This document shows positions 41,067 through 50,623 of a stretch of 64,000 bases of DNA, piece by piece. The notes under the pieces are model-generated. The model was not told the origin of the DNA. It ran no database searches and was given only the letters and a program-made list of their open reading frames with translations. The first letter of the stretch is position 1; each line of letters opens with the position of its first letter. The DNA is from a virus, in IMG/VR virus record IMGVR_UViG_3300044712_000688, positions 64,001 to 128,000 of that record; one strand, 5' to 3'. Both the position numbers and the translations under genes were made by a program.

Positions 41067-42884
41067 ATGGCAGGACTAGAAGGCATTCAGCTAGAGCTGG
41101 TAGATAGCGCCGAACAAGCATCAAAGTTTATTTCTTGGCTTGGTGAGCGTCGCCCTCTAAATGCCATCGCTATTGACACTGAAACCGGAGAGCTTCCGGG
41201 TAACCCACGCGATCACGCGCTCTCCCCTTGGCACGGGCGTCTACGACTTGTTCAGGTTGGCGACGGTATGACTGGCTGGGCAATTCCTTGGGATGAGTGG
41301 GCTGGTGTCTTCTACGAGGCCATGGACAAGTTTGATGGCCCTATTGTTTGCCACAACATCGCCTTCGAAGCCAAGTGGTTCGAGATTCAATCTCGATGGA
41401 GTATGCCTTGGCACCGATCGCACGACACCATGATTATGGCGCAGCTAATTGACCCTCTAGGTCAGGGTGGTCTAAAGCCTCTAACTGAGCGTTATGTTGA
41501 TCGCCACGCTGCTTATTTGCAGACTCAGCTGGATGTAGGTCTATCATCTAATGGTTGGACTTGGGGAACCGTGCCTACGACCTTTGCTCCATATTGGTCT
41601 TATGGTGCGCTTGACACCATTCTTACAATGCGTCTATTCGAGCAGTTCTGGGAGAAGTGTGCGCCAGGGCGTCCGTACTCTCAGGCATATGAGCTAGAGA
41701 TGAATACTCGCCGTATCGTAACTCGCATGGAGCTCAATGGTGCTCGTCTAGATCTGGACTACTCACAAAAGAAGTTCAATGATTTGCTTCAGTACACCGA
41801 GCAGGTAAAAGATTGGGTACAAAAGACATACAATGCTTCCGTAACTAGTAATCCGCAAATGGCACGCGTATTCGAGGAGCAACTTGGATCTCAAATCACT
41901 GAGACCACTCCTAGCGGACAGAAGTCATTGACCAAGGATCAACTCAAGCTATTCACTATTCATGGGTCTGAAGAAGTTAAGCAACTTGCAGACACGATGC
42001 TGAAGCAACGTAAAGCTGACAAGCTTGCAAATACTTACTTCCTAAACTTCATCAACGACAACGTCAACGGTTTTGTTCACCCGTCTGTAAAGACCATGGG
42101 CGCTCGTACTGGTCGTATGTCTATTCAGAATCCTGCACTACAAACTCTCCCTAAGGGTGACGACACCGTGCGTCGCGCATTCTTGCCTAAGGATGATGAC
42201 CACGTAATCGTCACGTCTGACCTTGATCAGGTTGAGTTCCGTATGTTCTCGTCCCTCTCTCAGGACGCAAACTTGATCAACCTCTTCAACATGGCGGACG
42301 CTACTGGCTCTGACCCGTTCACCGAGATCGGTCGTGAGATCTACGCGGACCCGACCATGCAAAAGTCTGACAAGCGCCGTGGCCTAATCAAGGGTGTAGT
42401 TTATGGACGCCTCTACGGTGCTGGTGTCTCGAAGCAGGCTCTGACTGCTGGAGTGCCGGAAGAGCAGATGCGTGCTGTTTCTAATGCTTTCGATGACCGC
42501 TTCCCTGGAATGTCTTTGTTCCAGAAGAAGGTGGAAGATATTGGAATGCGTCGCCTACGTGCCGAGGGGCAGGGTTATGTCAATACTTGGACTGGGCGTC
42601 GCCTACCTTGTGACGAAGACCGCGTCTATACCCTTGTTAACTACTTAATCCAGGGTGGTGCCGCTGAGGTATTTAAGTCAAACTTGATCAAGTTGGATCA
42701 GGCCGATTTGACCGATCTTCTGATTGTTCCAGTACACGACGAAATCGTACTAAACGCACCTCGCAAGGACGTAGAAGAAATTAAGCAACTAGTGCGTGAG
42801 TGCATGACTACACGCGAAGGGTGGGCAGTGCCTCTTACTGCCGATGTTGATGGACCTCTAGAAAACTGGGGAGAAAAGTACTAA
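41067..42884 (+). CDS. polA: Family A DNA polymerase (3'-5' exonuclease plus polymerase)
   Basis: Exo I IDTET, exo II HNIAFE, RTGRMS..NPALQ, motif A DLDQVEFR, motif B KGVVYG, motif C VHDEIV; ATG 41067 after AAGGA. Confidence 0.95.
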   Translation: MAGLEGIQLELVDSAEQASKFISWLGERRPLNAIAIDTETGELPGNPRDHALSPWHGRLRLVQVGDGMTGWAIPWDEWAGVFYEAMDKFDGPIVCHNIAFEAKWFEIQSRWSMPWHRSHDTMIMAQLIDPLGQGGLKPLTERYVDRHAAYLQTQLDVGLSSNGWTWGTVPTTFAPYWSYGALDTILTMRLFEQFWEKCAPGRPYSQAYELEMNTRRIVTRMELNGARLDLDYSQKKFNDLLQYTEQVKDWVQKTYNASVTSNPQMARVFEEQLGSQITETTPSGQKSLTKDQLKLFTIHGSEEVKQLADTMLKQRKADKLANTYFLNFINDNVNGFVHPSVKTMGARTGRMSIQNPALQTLPKGDDTVRRAFLPKDDDHVIVTSDLDQVEFRMFSSLSQDANLINLFNMADATGSDPFTEIGREIYADPTMQKSDKRRGLIKGVVYGRLYGAGVSKQALTAGVPEEQMRAVSNAFDDRFPGMSLFQKKVEDIGMRRLRAEGQGYVNTWTGRRLPCDEDRVYTLVNYLIQGGAAEVFKSNLIKLDQADLTDLLIVPVHDEIVLNAPRKDVEEIKQLVRECMTTREGWAVPLTADVDGPLENWGEKY

Positions 42885-43339
42885 TGAAATATATCTTGGC
42901 TGTTGATCCTGGAAAAGCCACCGGAATGGCACTATTTAGCCTTAAATCAGGCTCTGAGCCTGTCTTGGAGTGGTCTGGAGAGTTCCAACAGCACGAATAC
43001 GCAGCACCAATCCGAGCCTCTCTATCGGCCGTACAGGGCGATTTAGAGGTAGTTTGTGAACGATTCACGATCAACGCACAGACCGTCAAAAACTCCCAAG
43101 CGCCCTACTCACTCGAGCAGATTGGCATCCTCAAGCAGTGCCTTATGGATGTTGGCCGAGCTGCTGACGATATCTATTTCCAAAGCCCGGCGGACGCAAA
43201 AGCTATGTTTTCCAATGAAAAGCTCAAGAAGCTCGGCTACTGGCACAAAGGTGGCGAAGGCCATGCACTTGACGCCATCCGACACGGTCTACTAAGGTGC
43301 ATTAAGTCTGGTTGGAAGCCAGTACAATTATTAAATTAG
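42884..43339 (+). CDS. RuvC-like Holliday junction resolvase
   Basis: ILAVDPGKATG, VVCERF and HALDAIRHG. Confidence 0.8.
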   Translation: MKYILAVDPGKATGMALFSLKSGSEPVLEWSGEFQQHEYAAPIRASLSAVQGDLEVVCERFTINAQTVKNSQAPYSLEQIGILKQCLMDVGRAADDIYFQSPADAKAMFSNEKLKKLGYWHKGGEGHALDAIRHGLLRCIKSGWKPVQLLN

Positions 43340-43358
43340 TTATTATCAAAAAAATAAC

Positions 43359-43387
43359 TTGACAAAGTTTTTTTCTGATAATATAAA
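43359..43387 (+). promoter_or_regulatory. SigA-type promoter
   Basis: TTGACA-N17-TATAAA upstream of helicase. Confidence 0.75.
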
Positions 43388-43413
43388 TATACGTAAAGAC
43401 GCAAAGGATAAAA

Positions 43414-45225
43414 ATGTCAGTTTTTGTTGAGCTAGAGGAATCTGGCGTAGACATCATTATTAACGCCGAGTGGCGTCTAAAAGAGCTGTGTAAGAGTATT
43501 CCTGGCGCTACTTGGAACTCTAAGGAAGGCGTCTGGCGACTAGCTGCGTCTTGGGCTGGATGTTTGGCCTTGCGCTCTACCTTTAAGGAAAGCCTCGAAA
43601 TCGGCCCTCGATTGGCCGAGTGGGCAAAGAACGAAAAGCTTACCCGTATTGACCCATCAAACCACCTACGCGATGTAGACATGATGGAAGATGGAGATCA
43701 GGATCTTTTCCCGCACCAGCGTGCTGGAGTTGAATTCCTAAGCACTGCTCGCCGTGCTCTTCTTGCTGACGAGCCTGGACTTGGTAAGACCGCTCAGGCT
43801 ATCCGTTCTTTGAAGCGTCTACACGACAAGGGCGAAGCTGTATTTCCGGCACTAATTGTCTGCCCAAACACTCTCAAGAAGAACTGGGAGCGTGAGTTTG
43901 ACAAGTGGTGGCCTGGAGTAGATGTCACCGTTATTGGTGGCTCTGCTACTCAGCGCCGTGCTCAGTTTGAGAGCGAAGCAGAGGTTTATGTAATCAACTG
44001 GGAGTCATTGCGTAGTCACTCTCGCCTCGCCCCTTACGGCTCAATTGCATTGGCTCGTTGCCAAGATTGCGATGGGCACGACTCGCGTATCACTCCAGCT
44101 CGTTGTGAAGTGCACCGCCGTGAGCTAAACACAATTGACTTCAAGGCTGTCATTGCAGACGAGATTCACCGCTCAAAGGACCCTAAGTCTAAGCAGACTC
44201 GTGCTCTTTGGGCCGCGACTGGTGATGCCGACATTCGATACGCACTAACTGGCACTCCGATTGCTAATGACGTAGTTGATCTCTGGCCAATTCTTCACTG
44301 GATCTCGCCAGAAGAGTGGCCTAGCAAGACTCGTTGGATTGACCGCATGATCAACACCATGCTCAATGCATTTGGTGGAATGATGGTCCTCGGTGTGAAG
44401 CCAGATATGGAGCAAGAGTTCTACGCAGCTATCAACCCTCGCATGCGTCGTATGCTCAAGGCCAAGGTGCTCCCTTGGCTCCCAGAAGTTCTTACCGAGC
44501 GTCGCGATGTTGAAATGGGCACCAAGCAGGCTAAGGCTTATAAGCAGATGCTAGAAAACATGATTGCTCTCATCGAGGCCCCGGACGGTTCACTTGGTGA
44601 CGCTGTTGTGGCCCCAAATCCACTTACGCAAGCATTGCGTCTATTGCAGTTTGCAAGCTCATACGCCACCATTGAGGTAGACGAAGCTGGGCAAGAAAAT
44701 CTCATTTTGTCGGACCCCTCTTGTAAGGTTGATGCTCTGATGGATGATATGAAGAGTGGTGACTTTGGTGACGACTCTGTTGCAGTCTGTGCCGTATCTC
44801 GCCAGCTCATTGAGATCCTTAGTGCGCGTCTTACCAAGGAAGGTATTGCTCACGGATTGATTACTGGCTCGATTAGTGCTGATGATCGTCAGAAAGCTAT
44901 TGACGACTTCCAGTCTGGTAAGACTAAGTGGATTTTGTTCACTGCTCAGGCGGGTGGTGTTGGAGTTACCTTGACAACAGCGCGTCGCCTTGTTATGCTT
45001 CAAAGGCCATGGTCTCTTGTTGACTACAAGCAGGCTTTGGACCGTGTTCACCGCATTGGCTCTGAGATTCACGATTCAGTAATCATTACTGATTATGTGA
45101 CTCAGGGCACTGTCGAAGAGCGGGTAATCCAGGCTCTAGACACCAAAGCTGACAATTTTGAGCAGATTGTCCGTGACAAGCACCAGCTGCTCCAAATGCT
45201 TAAAGAAAGCAAGGCAACTCTATAA
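43414..45225 (+). CDS. SNF2-family SF2 helicase
   Basis: LADEPGLGKT, IADEIH, LTGTPIAN, GGVGVTLT and QALDRVHRIG. Confidence 0.92.
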   Translation: MSVFVELEESGVDIIINAEWRLKELCKSIPGATWNSKEGVWRLAASWAGCLALRSTFKESLEIGPRLAEWAKNEKLTRIDPSNHLRDVDMMEDGDQDLFPHQRAGVEFLSTARRALLADEPGLGKTAQAIRSLKRLHDKGEAVFPALIVCPNTLKKNWEREFDKWWPGVDVTVIGGSATQRRAQFESEAEVYVINWESLRSHSRLAPYGSIALARCQDCDGHDSRITPARCEVHRRELNTIDFKAVIADEIHRSKDPKSKQTRALWAATGDADIRYALTGTPIANDVVDLWPILHWISPEEWPSKTRWIDRMINTMLNAFGGMMVLGVKPDMEQEFYAAINPRMRRMLKAKVLPWLPEVLTERRDVEMGTKQAKAYKQMLENMIALIEAPDGSLGDAVVAPNPLTQALRLLQFASSYATIEVDEAGQENLILSDPSCKVDALMDDMKSGDFGDDSVAVCAVSRQLIEILSARLTKEGIAHGLITGSISADDRQKAIDDFQSGKTKWILFTAQAGGVGVTLTTARRLVMLQRPWSLVDYKQALDRVHRIGSEIHDSVIITDYVTQGTVEERVIQALDTKADNFEQIVRDKHQLLQMLKESKATL

Positions 45226-46163
45226 TGACGACTAATCCTATTCGCATCTCTAACTCCGAGATCCAGACCTTTAAGGACTGCCGTCGCCGGTGGTGGTTTA
45301 CCTACTATCGTCGCCTACAGCCAAAGGTTAAGGACTTCACTGGAGCACTGGCACTTGGGTCTCGCATCCACGAGGCTTTGGACCAGTACTACACCTCTAA
45401 CATGGAGCGCAATCTGCTAGAGATTCACTCTGAGCTGGTTGCTGCAGATATGAAGACTCTGACAGATGAGTTCCGTGATACCACCAGCCTAGAGACCGAA
45501 GCTGAGCTTGGTCGCGTAATGCTTGAAGGCTACCTAGAGTGGATGGAACTAGAGGGCATTGATGCCGAACTCGAAATGATTTCTACGGAAGAGATCATCG
45601 AGCGTCCGATGATGGATGGTCGTGTAACTCTCCAGGGCAAGATTGATATGCGTGTTCGTCGCAAGATTGATGGCGTACGTATGTTCCGTGACTTCAAGAC
45701 TGTTGGTGGTTCTTTTGCTGACTTCGGCTCTATTGCTCACATGAACGAACAGGTTCTTACCTACATGGTTCTAGAAGAAGCTCAGAACCAAGAGGGTGAA
45801 CGTTCGGAGGGTGGTATCTTTACCATGCTTCGTAAGGTTAAGCGCGGTGCTTATGCTAAACCACCGTTCTATGACCAGATTGAAGTTCGTCACAATGCTT
45901 TTACCTTGCGCTCGTTCTACCAGCGCCTAGAGGGAACCCTAGAGGATATCCTTCGAGTGCGTGATGGACTTGACGCTGGTGAAAGCCACTATAAGCTTGC
46001 ATATCCAAAGCCGTCTCGTGACTGCAAGTGGAAGTGCCAATTCTTCTCTATTTGCCCGCTGGTTGACGATGGTTCGGCAGCTGAAGCAGCAATTAGTGAT
46101 GCGTTTGCGGTCGCCGACCCTTACGGTTATTACGGAATCGAAGAAAAGAAAGGAAGTGAGTAA
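45225..46163 (+). CDS. Cas4/RecB-like PD-(D/E)XK exonuclease
   Basis: SNSEIQTFKDCRRRW, GKIDM..DFKT, C-terminal CKWKCQFFSIC. Confidence 0.85.
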   Translation: MTTNPIRISNSEIQTFKDCRRRWWFTYYRRLQPKVKDFTGALALGSRIHEALDQYYTSNMERNLLEIHSELVAADMKTLTDEFRDTTSLETEAELGRVMLEGYLEWMELEGIDAELEMISTEEIIERPMMDGRVTLQGKIDMRVRRKIDGVRMFRDFKTVGGSFADFGSIAHMNEQVLTYMVLEEAQNQEGERSEGGIFTMLRKVKRGAYAKPPFYDQIEVRHNAFTLRSFYQRLEGTLEDILRVRDGLDAGESHYKLAYPKPSRDCKWKCQFFSICPLVDDGSAAEAAISDAFAVADPYGYYGIEEKKGSE

Positions 46164-46165
46164 GA

Positions 46166-46930
46166 ATGTCGGAAGTCGATCGCAGTTTAACAATTATGGT
46201 TTATGGCGAATCGAAGGTTGGTAAATCAACCTTTGCCGTTACAGCTCCTTACCCACGTCTTATGCTTGACGTTGAGGGTGGACACCGTTTCCTCCCGATT
46301 ACTGTCAAGTACTGGGACCCTATTCGCGAAGAGCCACCGGTTGCTGATGGAACTTGGGACACTGTTGTGGTCCAAGTTCGTGACTACGATGTAGTCCTCA
46401 AGACCTTCCAGTGGCTTCAGAGTGGAAAGCACCAGTTCAAGTCCTTGATCATTGACTCAATCTCTGAGTTGCAGGTCAAGTGCATGGACAATATTGCAGG
46501 AACCGAACAGATGAAGATGCAGCAGTGGGGCGAATTGCTTCGCCACATGGGTGCACTACTTCGTGACCTTCGCGACCTGACAATGCACCCGACTCAGCCT
46601 CTTGAGGCTGTAGTTCTGACCGCTATGGCACGTAAGGGTCAGGACGGCGTATACCGTCCTTATCTACAGGGTCAGCTAGCAATTCAGGCCCCGTACTTCT
46701 ATGACATTCTGGGCGCAATCACAGTGGAGCAGTTCCCTAACCCGGACCCACTGCAGCCTCCATACAAGGTGCGACGCATGTACGTTGAGCGCACACCTGA
46801 GTATGAGGCTGGAGAGCGCGTTCAGGGTCGTCTAGGAAAAATCGTCGAGCAGGGAGACCTTGGTGTCGAACGTATGCTCGATGTAATCTTTGGCGAAAAG
46901 ACAAAGACCACAAAGAAAACAAGTAACTAA
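46166..46930 (+). CDS. AAA ATPase, Sak4-like recombination protein
   Basis: YGESKVGKST, LDVEGG and IIDSISELQ. Confidence 0.85.
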   Translation: MSEVDRSLTIMVYGESKVGKSTFAVTAPYPRLMLDVEGGHRFLPITVKYWDPIREEPPVADGTWDTVVVQVRDYDVVLKTFQWLQSGKHQFKSLIIDSISELQVKCMDNIAGTEQMKMQQWGELLRHMGALLRDLRDLTMHPTQPLEAVVLTAMARKGQDGVYRPYLQGQLAIQAPYFYDILGAITVEQFPNPDPLQPPYKVRRMYVERTPEYEAGERVQGRLGKIVEQGDLGVERMLDVIFGEKTKTTKKTSN

Positions 46931-46938
46931 GGAAAATC

Positions 46939-47481
46939 ATGAGTTCACTCAATTGGAGCGACCTAATCAAGGACGCTGGAGAAACCACTAGCTACGAGCC
47001 ACTGCCTGATGGTGACTACGAGCTTAAGGTAATCGAATCAAAGGCTAAGAGCACTCAGTCTGGAAAGACTATGTTCAGCATCACCACCGAAGTACAGGGT
47101 GGCCCTCACGCAAAGCGCCGTGTCTGGGACAACCTGACCGTATCGCCTGAGAACCCTAAGGCTCTTGCAATCTTCTTCTCAAAGATGGAAGCCCTAGGTC
47201 TACCTCGCGACTACTTCAACTCAAACCCGAGCAACGCTCAGATTGAGCAGGCTCTGCTTGGTCGTTCGTTCCGTGGCTCACTAGGCAAGAAGACCTACAA
47301 CGGTAATGTCAGCAATGAGATCACCAAGTACTTCCGCCTAGTAGCAGACGCTACTGCCGGAGTTCCAGTTCCACCAGCTCCTGCTGCAGCTCCTGCTCCA
47401 GCTCCGGTGGCTGCTGCAGCTCCTGCACCAGCACCAGCACCAGCACCAGCGGCTCCTGTAACCTCAGAAGAGCCGTTCTAA
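46939..47481 (+). CDS. DUF669-type ssDNA-binding protein
   Basis: YEPLPDGDYEL..KSTQSGKTM..RRVWDNL; Ala/Pro tail ending EEPF. Confidence 0.8.
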   Translation: MSSLNWSDLIKDAGETTSYEPLPDGDYELKVIESKAKSTQSGKTMFSITTEVQGGPHAKRRVWDNLTVSPENPKALAIFFSKMEALGLPRDYFNSNPSNAQIEQALLGRSFRGSLGKKTYNGNVSNEITKYFRLVADATAGVPVPPAPAAAPAPAPVAAAAPAPAPAPAPAAPVTSEEPF

Positions 47482-47492
47482 ATAAAAGTATT

Positions 47493-47527
47493 GAGGGGGT
47501 GTCGTATGGGCACCCCCTCTTTATTTA
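47493..47527 (+). terminator. Rho-independent terminator
   Basis: GAGGGGGTGTC/GGCACCCCCTC stem then TTTATTT. Confidence 0.75.
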
Positions 47528-47539
47528 TAAAGGTTTGAA

Positions 47540-48577
47540 ATGAAAGTACTATTTACTGGAATGTTGTCCGCCCACTGTAAGGTGCCGACAGACGTTGCAA
47601 ACAAAACTTTTTACACGGCATTCTCTCTAGTCTTTAGAGATCTATATCCAGACGCTGAGATCGAGTGGAAAGCCCCGTCCCTATCGTGGGACGAAGAGTA
47701 CCTTTCTCAATATGATTTTATTTTTATCGGCATGGTGCCTCCGACTTCCATGAGCGCCAACATGGTCTACGGAACACTTAAGTGTTTAGACACTGTTTAT
47801 GACTGGCCCAATGTTCGCCTGATTATGGATTCTCCTCAGTTGTGGCAGTATGTGCCGGGACTGTCTGCCATCAGCAAGGATCCTACATACTTGGTGAGTA
47901 AGTTCTACTCGAAGCGCCCTGGATATAGGCAGGCTGATACCTACAAAACACTCTCTAGCTTCAAGCGAGTAGCTGATAGGTTATTGAACGAGAAGTGGCC
48001 AAAGGTTATCTATCCAGAGTTGCCGTGGCACGATTCGGTACGTAAGAGCGAGCTAATCTCTGACTATCTAGGGAATGTAACTGATCTAATGGGACTGAAC
48101 CTAGACTCCTATTTCTTGAGTAGCAATCCAGAGTATAAAGAAGTTTTTGATGCTCCTTGGTCTGTTGACAGCTACAAGTCAAAGTGGGCGGAAAAGCTCA
48201 GCAGGACCGTTTCCATGGCGTTTAGTGAGCTAAAGCTTGGTAAGACTTTCAACGATGTCCATGCAGAAGCTGCGCTTCGTAGCTCGGTTGGCTTGATTGT
48301 TCCTCCTGCCGATCGTAACGTCGGTACGTGGTGGAGCTATCGCTATGTTCAGGGGCTACTCTCTGGCGTTCCGGTTGCCACTGAATGGACAGAGTCTAAG
48401 GTTCTAGGCCCAGCTTGGGCAGTATTACCGTACCAAATTGAAGATATGACCCCGGCTGAACGCCGAGAGTTGGCACAAAAGCAGCTAGAGGCTTATAAGA
48501 ATAATGCACTTAGCTTCTCTGAACTAAAGAAAAAAATTGCATTAGTATTAAATAATAAAGGAGAGCAAAATGCCTGA
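47540..48577 (+). CDS. Putative GT-B glycosyltransferase (possibly DNA-modifying)
   Basis: MKVLFTG start, YDFIFIG..RLIMD and YRYVQGLLSGVPV patterns; weak resemblance only. Confidence 0.4.
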   Translation: MKVLFTGMLSAHCKVPTDVANKTFYTAFSLVFRDLYPDAEIEWKAPSLSWDEEYLSQYDFIFIGMVPPTSMSANMVYGTLKCLDTVYDWPNVRLIMDSPQLWQYVPGLSAISKDPTYLVSKFYSKRPGYRQADTYKTLSSFKRVADRLLNEKWPKVIYPELPWHDSVRKSELISDYLGNVTDLMGLNLDSYFLSSNPEYKEVFDAPWSVDSYKSKWAEKLSRTVSMAFSELKLGKTFNDVHAEAALRSSVGLIVPPADRNVGTWWSYRYVQGLLSGVPVATEWTESKVLGPAWAVLPYQIEDMTPAERRELAQKQLEAYKNNALSFSELKKKIALVLNNKGEQNA

Positions 48578-48998
48578 AGTAAATAATGAATGGGTAAGAC
48601 AGCAACTTGAAGAAGCTAAGGTCCGAGTTGGGTCTGGAAAGTCTATTCTTCGATTGCTAGAAACTTGGGAGTCTCTAGGAGATCTTTCGGATAACATCTC
48701 TAAAGAGACTATTGAAATCTTTAGCCGACTAGCTCTAGGTAAGCTAGCTAAGGATCCAGAACCAAAAGCAGACGAGATCTGGATTCCTGCTCAGCCTGGT
48801 CAGATTAAGGTTGGCGATGAGGTCCGAGTACTGGTAGATGCTTTTACTGACAAGACCGGTGTTATTCACAATGGGCGTCGAGGTAAAGTCACTGCTGTAC
48901 GCTACGGAGATGTCATCTTTAAGTCAACCGATGGTAAGACTCCTGAGTTGAATGGCGTCCACTATTCTCCATACAAGCTCGAAAAAAGGATTAAGTAA
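48570..48998 (+). CDS. Hypothetical protein with C-terminal KOW/SH3-like segment
   Basis: IKVGDEVRV..NGRRGKVTAVRYGDV. Confidence 0.6.
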   Translation: MPEVNNEWVRQQLEEAKVRVGSGKSILRLLETWESLGDLSDNISKETIEIFSRLALGKLAKDPEPKADEIWIPAQPGQIKVGDEVRVLVDAFTDKTGVIHNGRRGKVTAVRYGDVIFKSTDGKTPELNGVHYSPYKLEKRIK

Positions 48999-49234
48999 TG
49001 CGTACTAGTTTTGAAGTTAAGGTGTACGCAAGTACCCTAGAAGATGCCAAAACTAAGGCATATCAGGAGATTTCTAAGTTCATGGGAGTATCCTCTGATG
49101 ATGTAAAAAGCATCGTTGATCTGGAACTAAAAGTCAAGACCTATGAGCTCAAAGACGATGCCCCAGAGCCAGATGGCGATTTCGAGGTAGTTGTCTACGG
49201 ATCCGTCAAGCATAGCATTGTAAAGCCCCTATAA
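48998..49234 (+). CDS. Hypothetical protein
   Basis: TAATG-coupled ORF. Confidence 0.6.
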   Translation: MRTSFEVKVYASTLEDAKTKAYQEISKFMGVSSDDVKSIVDLELKVKTYELKDDAPEPDGDFEVVVYGSVKHSIVKPL

Positions 49235-49240
49235 ATTAAT

Positions 49241-49269
49241 TTGACAAAATCAACCGTAAGCGGTACATT
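49241..49269 (+). promoter_or_regulatory. SigA-type promoter
   Basis: TTGACA-N17-TACATT. Confidence 0.65.
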
Positions 49270-49275
49270 GTTTCT

Positions 49276-49767
49276 ATGCAAACATTTGTACCGCTTACTT
49301 CTTCTTTTGAAGACATTGCCCGCACGCTAGATCGTGCCCGTCTGAACAAGCAAGCCCTAGAGGGCTGGCAAATTCTGATGACCCTACTTGAGCTGGACCC
49401 CCGAGGCAACCACCGCTCTCCTAAGGGCTGGGTCAATCACCCAGCCGTCAAGATGTGGCGTGGCCACGAGATGGCTCTATATCTATACATCCAAGCTATG
49501 GTTGATGAATGGAAGCGTCGCGGCTACAAGTCAACTATTGGTGACAAAGCCAAAGAGACAATTAAGGTTGCACTATCTAATGGCCTGCTGACTCCTTCAG
49601 CTTCTAGCAATCCCCGCTGGATTTCCGATATGCAACTATTCAAAAAAGTAGCTGCAAGTCACCGCTTGGCGCTGCTTAGCAAGGATTACGAATGGTATTC
49701 GCAATTTAACTGGGAAGAAGATCCAGGCAAAAAGCCAGAAACCTACGAATATATTTGGCCAGAGTAA
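49276..49767 (+). CDS. Pyrimidine-dimer DNA glycosylase-like (MSMEG_6728 family) protein
   Basis: MQTFVP..LDRARLNKQALEGWQIL..WVNHPAVKMWRGHE..SHRLALL. Confidence 0.8.
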   Translation: MQTFVPLTSSFEDIARTLDRARLNKQALEGWQILMTLLELDPRGNHRSPKGWVNHPAVKMWRGHEMALYLYIQAMVDEWKRRGYKSTIGDKAKETIKVALSNGLLTPSASSNPRWISDMQLFKKVAASHRLALLSKDYEWYSQFNWEEDPGKKPETYEYIWPE

Positions 49768-49826
49768 ATTTGTAATTTACGGTACTTAACACGAAATAAT
49801 TAAATTTCAACTGTAAAATCTTTCTT

Positions 49827-50171
49827 ATGAAAGATTCTCGAATTGGCGAATCGCTGTGGTTTATCTGGGATACCCCTAATAACCAGTTTGGCGATTACCC
49901 GATTTTCTATACCGAAACTCATGTTGATATGGACAATGAAGTCGTCCGCCGTGCCTTGGCATCGGCAATTCAACGTGAGGGGATTGTATCGTCTCTAGGA
50001 GAAGGATACTTCCTTATTGATCATGGAGACACCTGGCAAGGTTACTCTGGATCCGTAGATTCTAACGAAGTAGAGGATCTTCACGAATGTGATGAAACTG
50101 GTCTAACTTCTGACGGAGAAATTATGTCAGAATTTGCTCCAACTACTTGGGTTAGGATTTTTGACTTTTGA
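49827..50171 (+). CDS. Hypothetical protein
   Basis: Acidic ORF overlapping the WhiB start. Confidence 0.65.
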   Translation: MKDSRIGESLWFIWDTPNNQFGDYPIFYTETHVDMDNEVVRRALASAIQREGIVSSLGEGYFLIDHGDTWQGYSGSVDSNEVEDLHECDETGLTSDGEIMSEFAPTTWVRIFDF

Positions 50172-50623
50172 TAGATACACCTGAATGGTACGAAGAAGCC
50201 GAGTGCTCTAAGCCAATTTACAGAGATAAAGTTAAAAACTTTTTTCTGAACAAACCTGCTCAGCAAGTTCCAGCTCTCAAGATATGTGATTCATGTCCGG
50301 TGAAGAGAGACTGCTTAAAGATGGCCCTAGAGAATAAAGAAATATGGGGAATCTGGGGTGGGCTAACGCCTAAAAAGATACGTAGGACCTTGTCTGTTAA
50401 TTGGCAAGGTCAGGAAATGCGTCATAAGAGGCCACCTCTATGCCCAGCTTGCAAAGCTAAAACTAGCGAGCTAGCAACAAAAACAGTTAACAGACCTAAT
50501 GGTGGCCGCTGGGCTACTATGAAATTAGTTGAGTGTGGTCAGTGCAATTTCTCATGGCAAAGTAGAACTAGTGCTAACGCGGTAGAGGCATATCATCTTA
50601 CAAAGAATAAGAAGAAACTTTAG
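50168..50623 (+). CDS. whiB: WhiB-family transcription factor with C-terminal zinc-ribbon
   Basis: W..EAEC, ICDSCPVKRDC, WGIWGGLT; then CPAC...CGQC. Confidence 0.88.
   Translation: MIDTPEWYEEAECSKPIYRDKVKNFFLNKPAQQVPALKICDSCPVKRDCLKMALENKEIWGIWGGLTPKKIRRTLSVNWQGQEMRHKRPPLCPACKAKTSELATKTVNRPNGGRWATMKLVECGQCNFSWQSRTSANAVEAYHLTKNKKKL

Noticed and set aside
45225-46163. Cas4-like nuclease as evidence of a CRISPR system
   Set aside because: There is no repeat-spacer array or other cas gene, and it sits with Sak4 and SSB as a standard phage recombination module.
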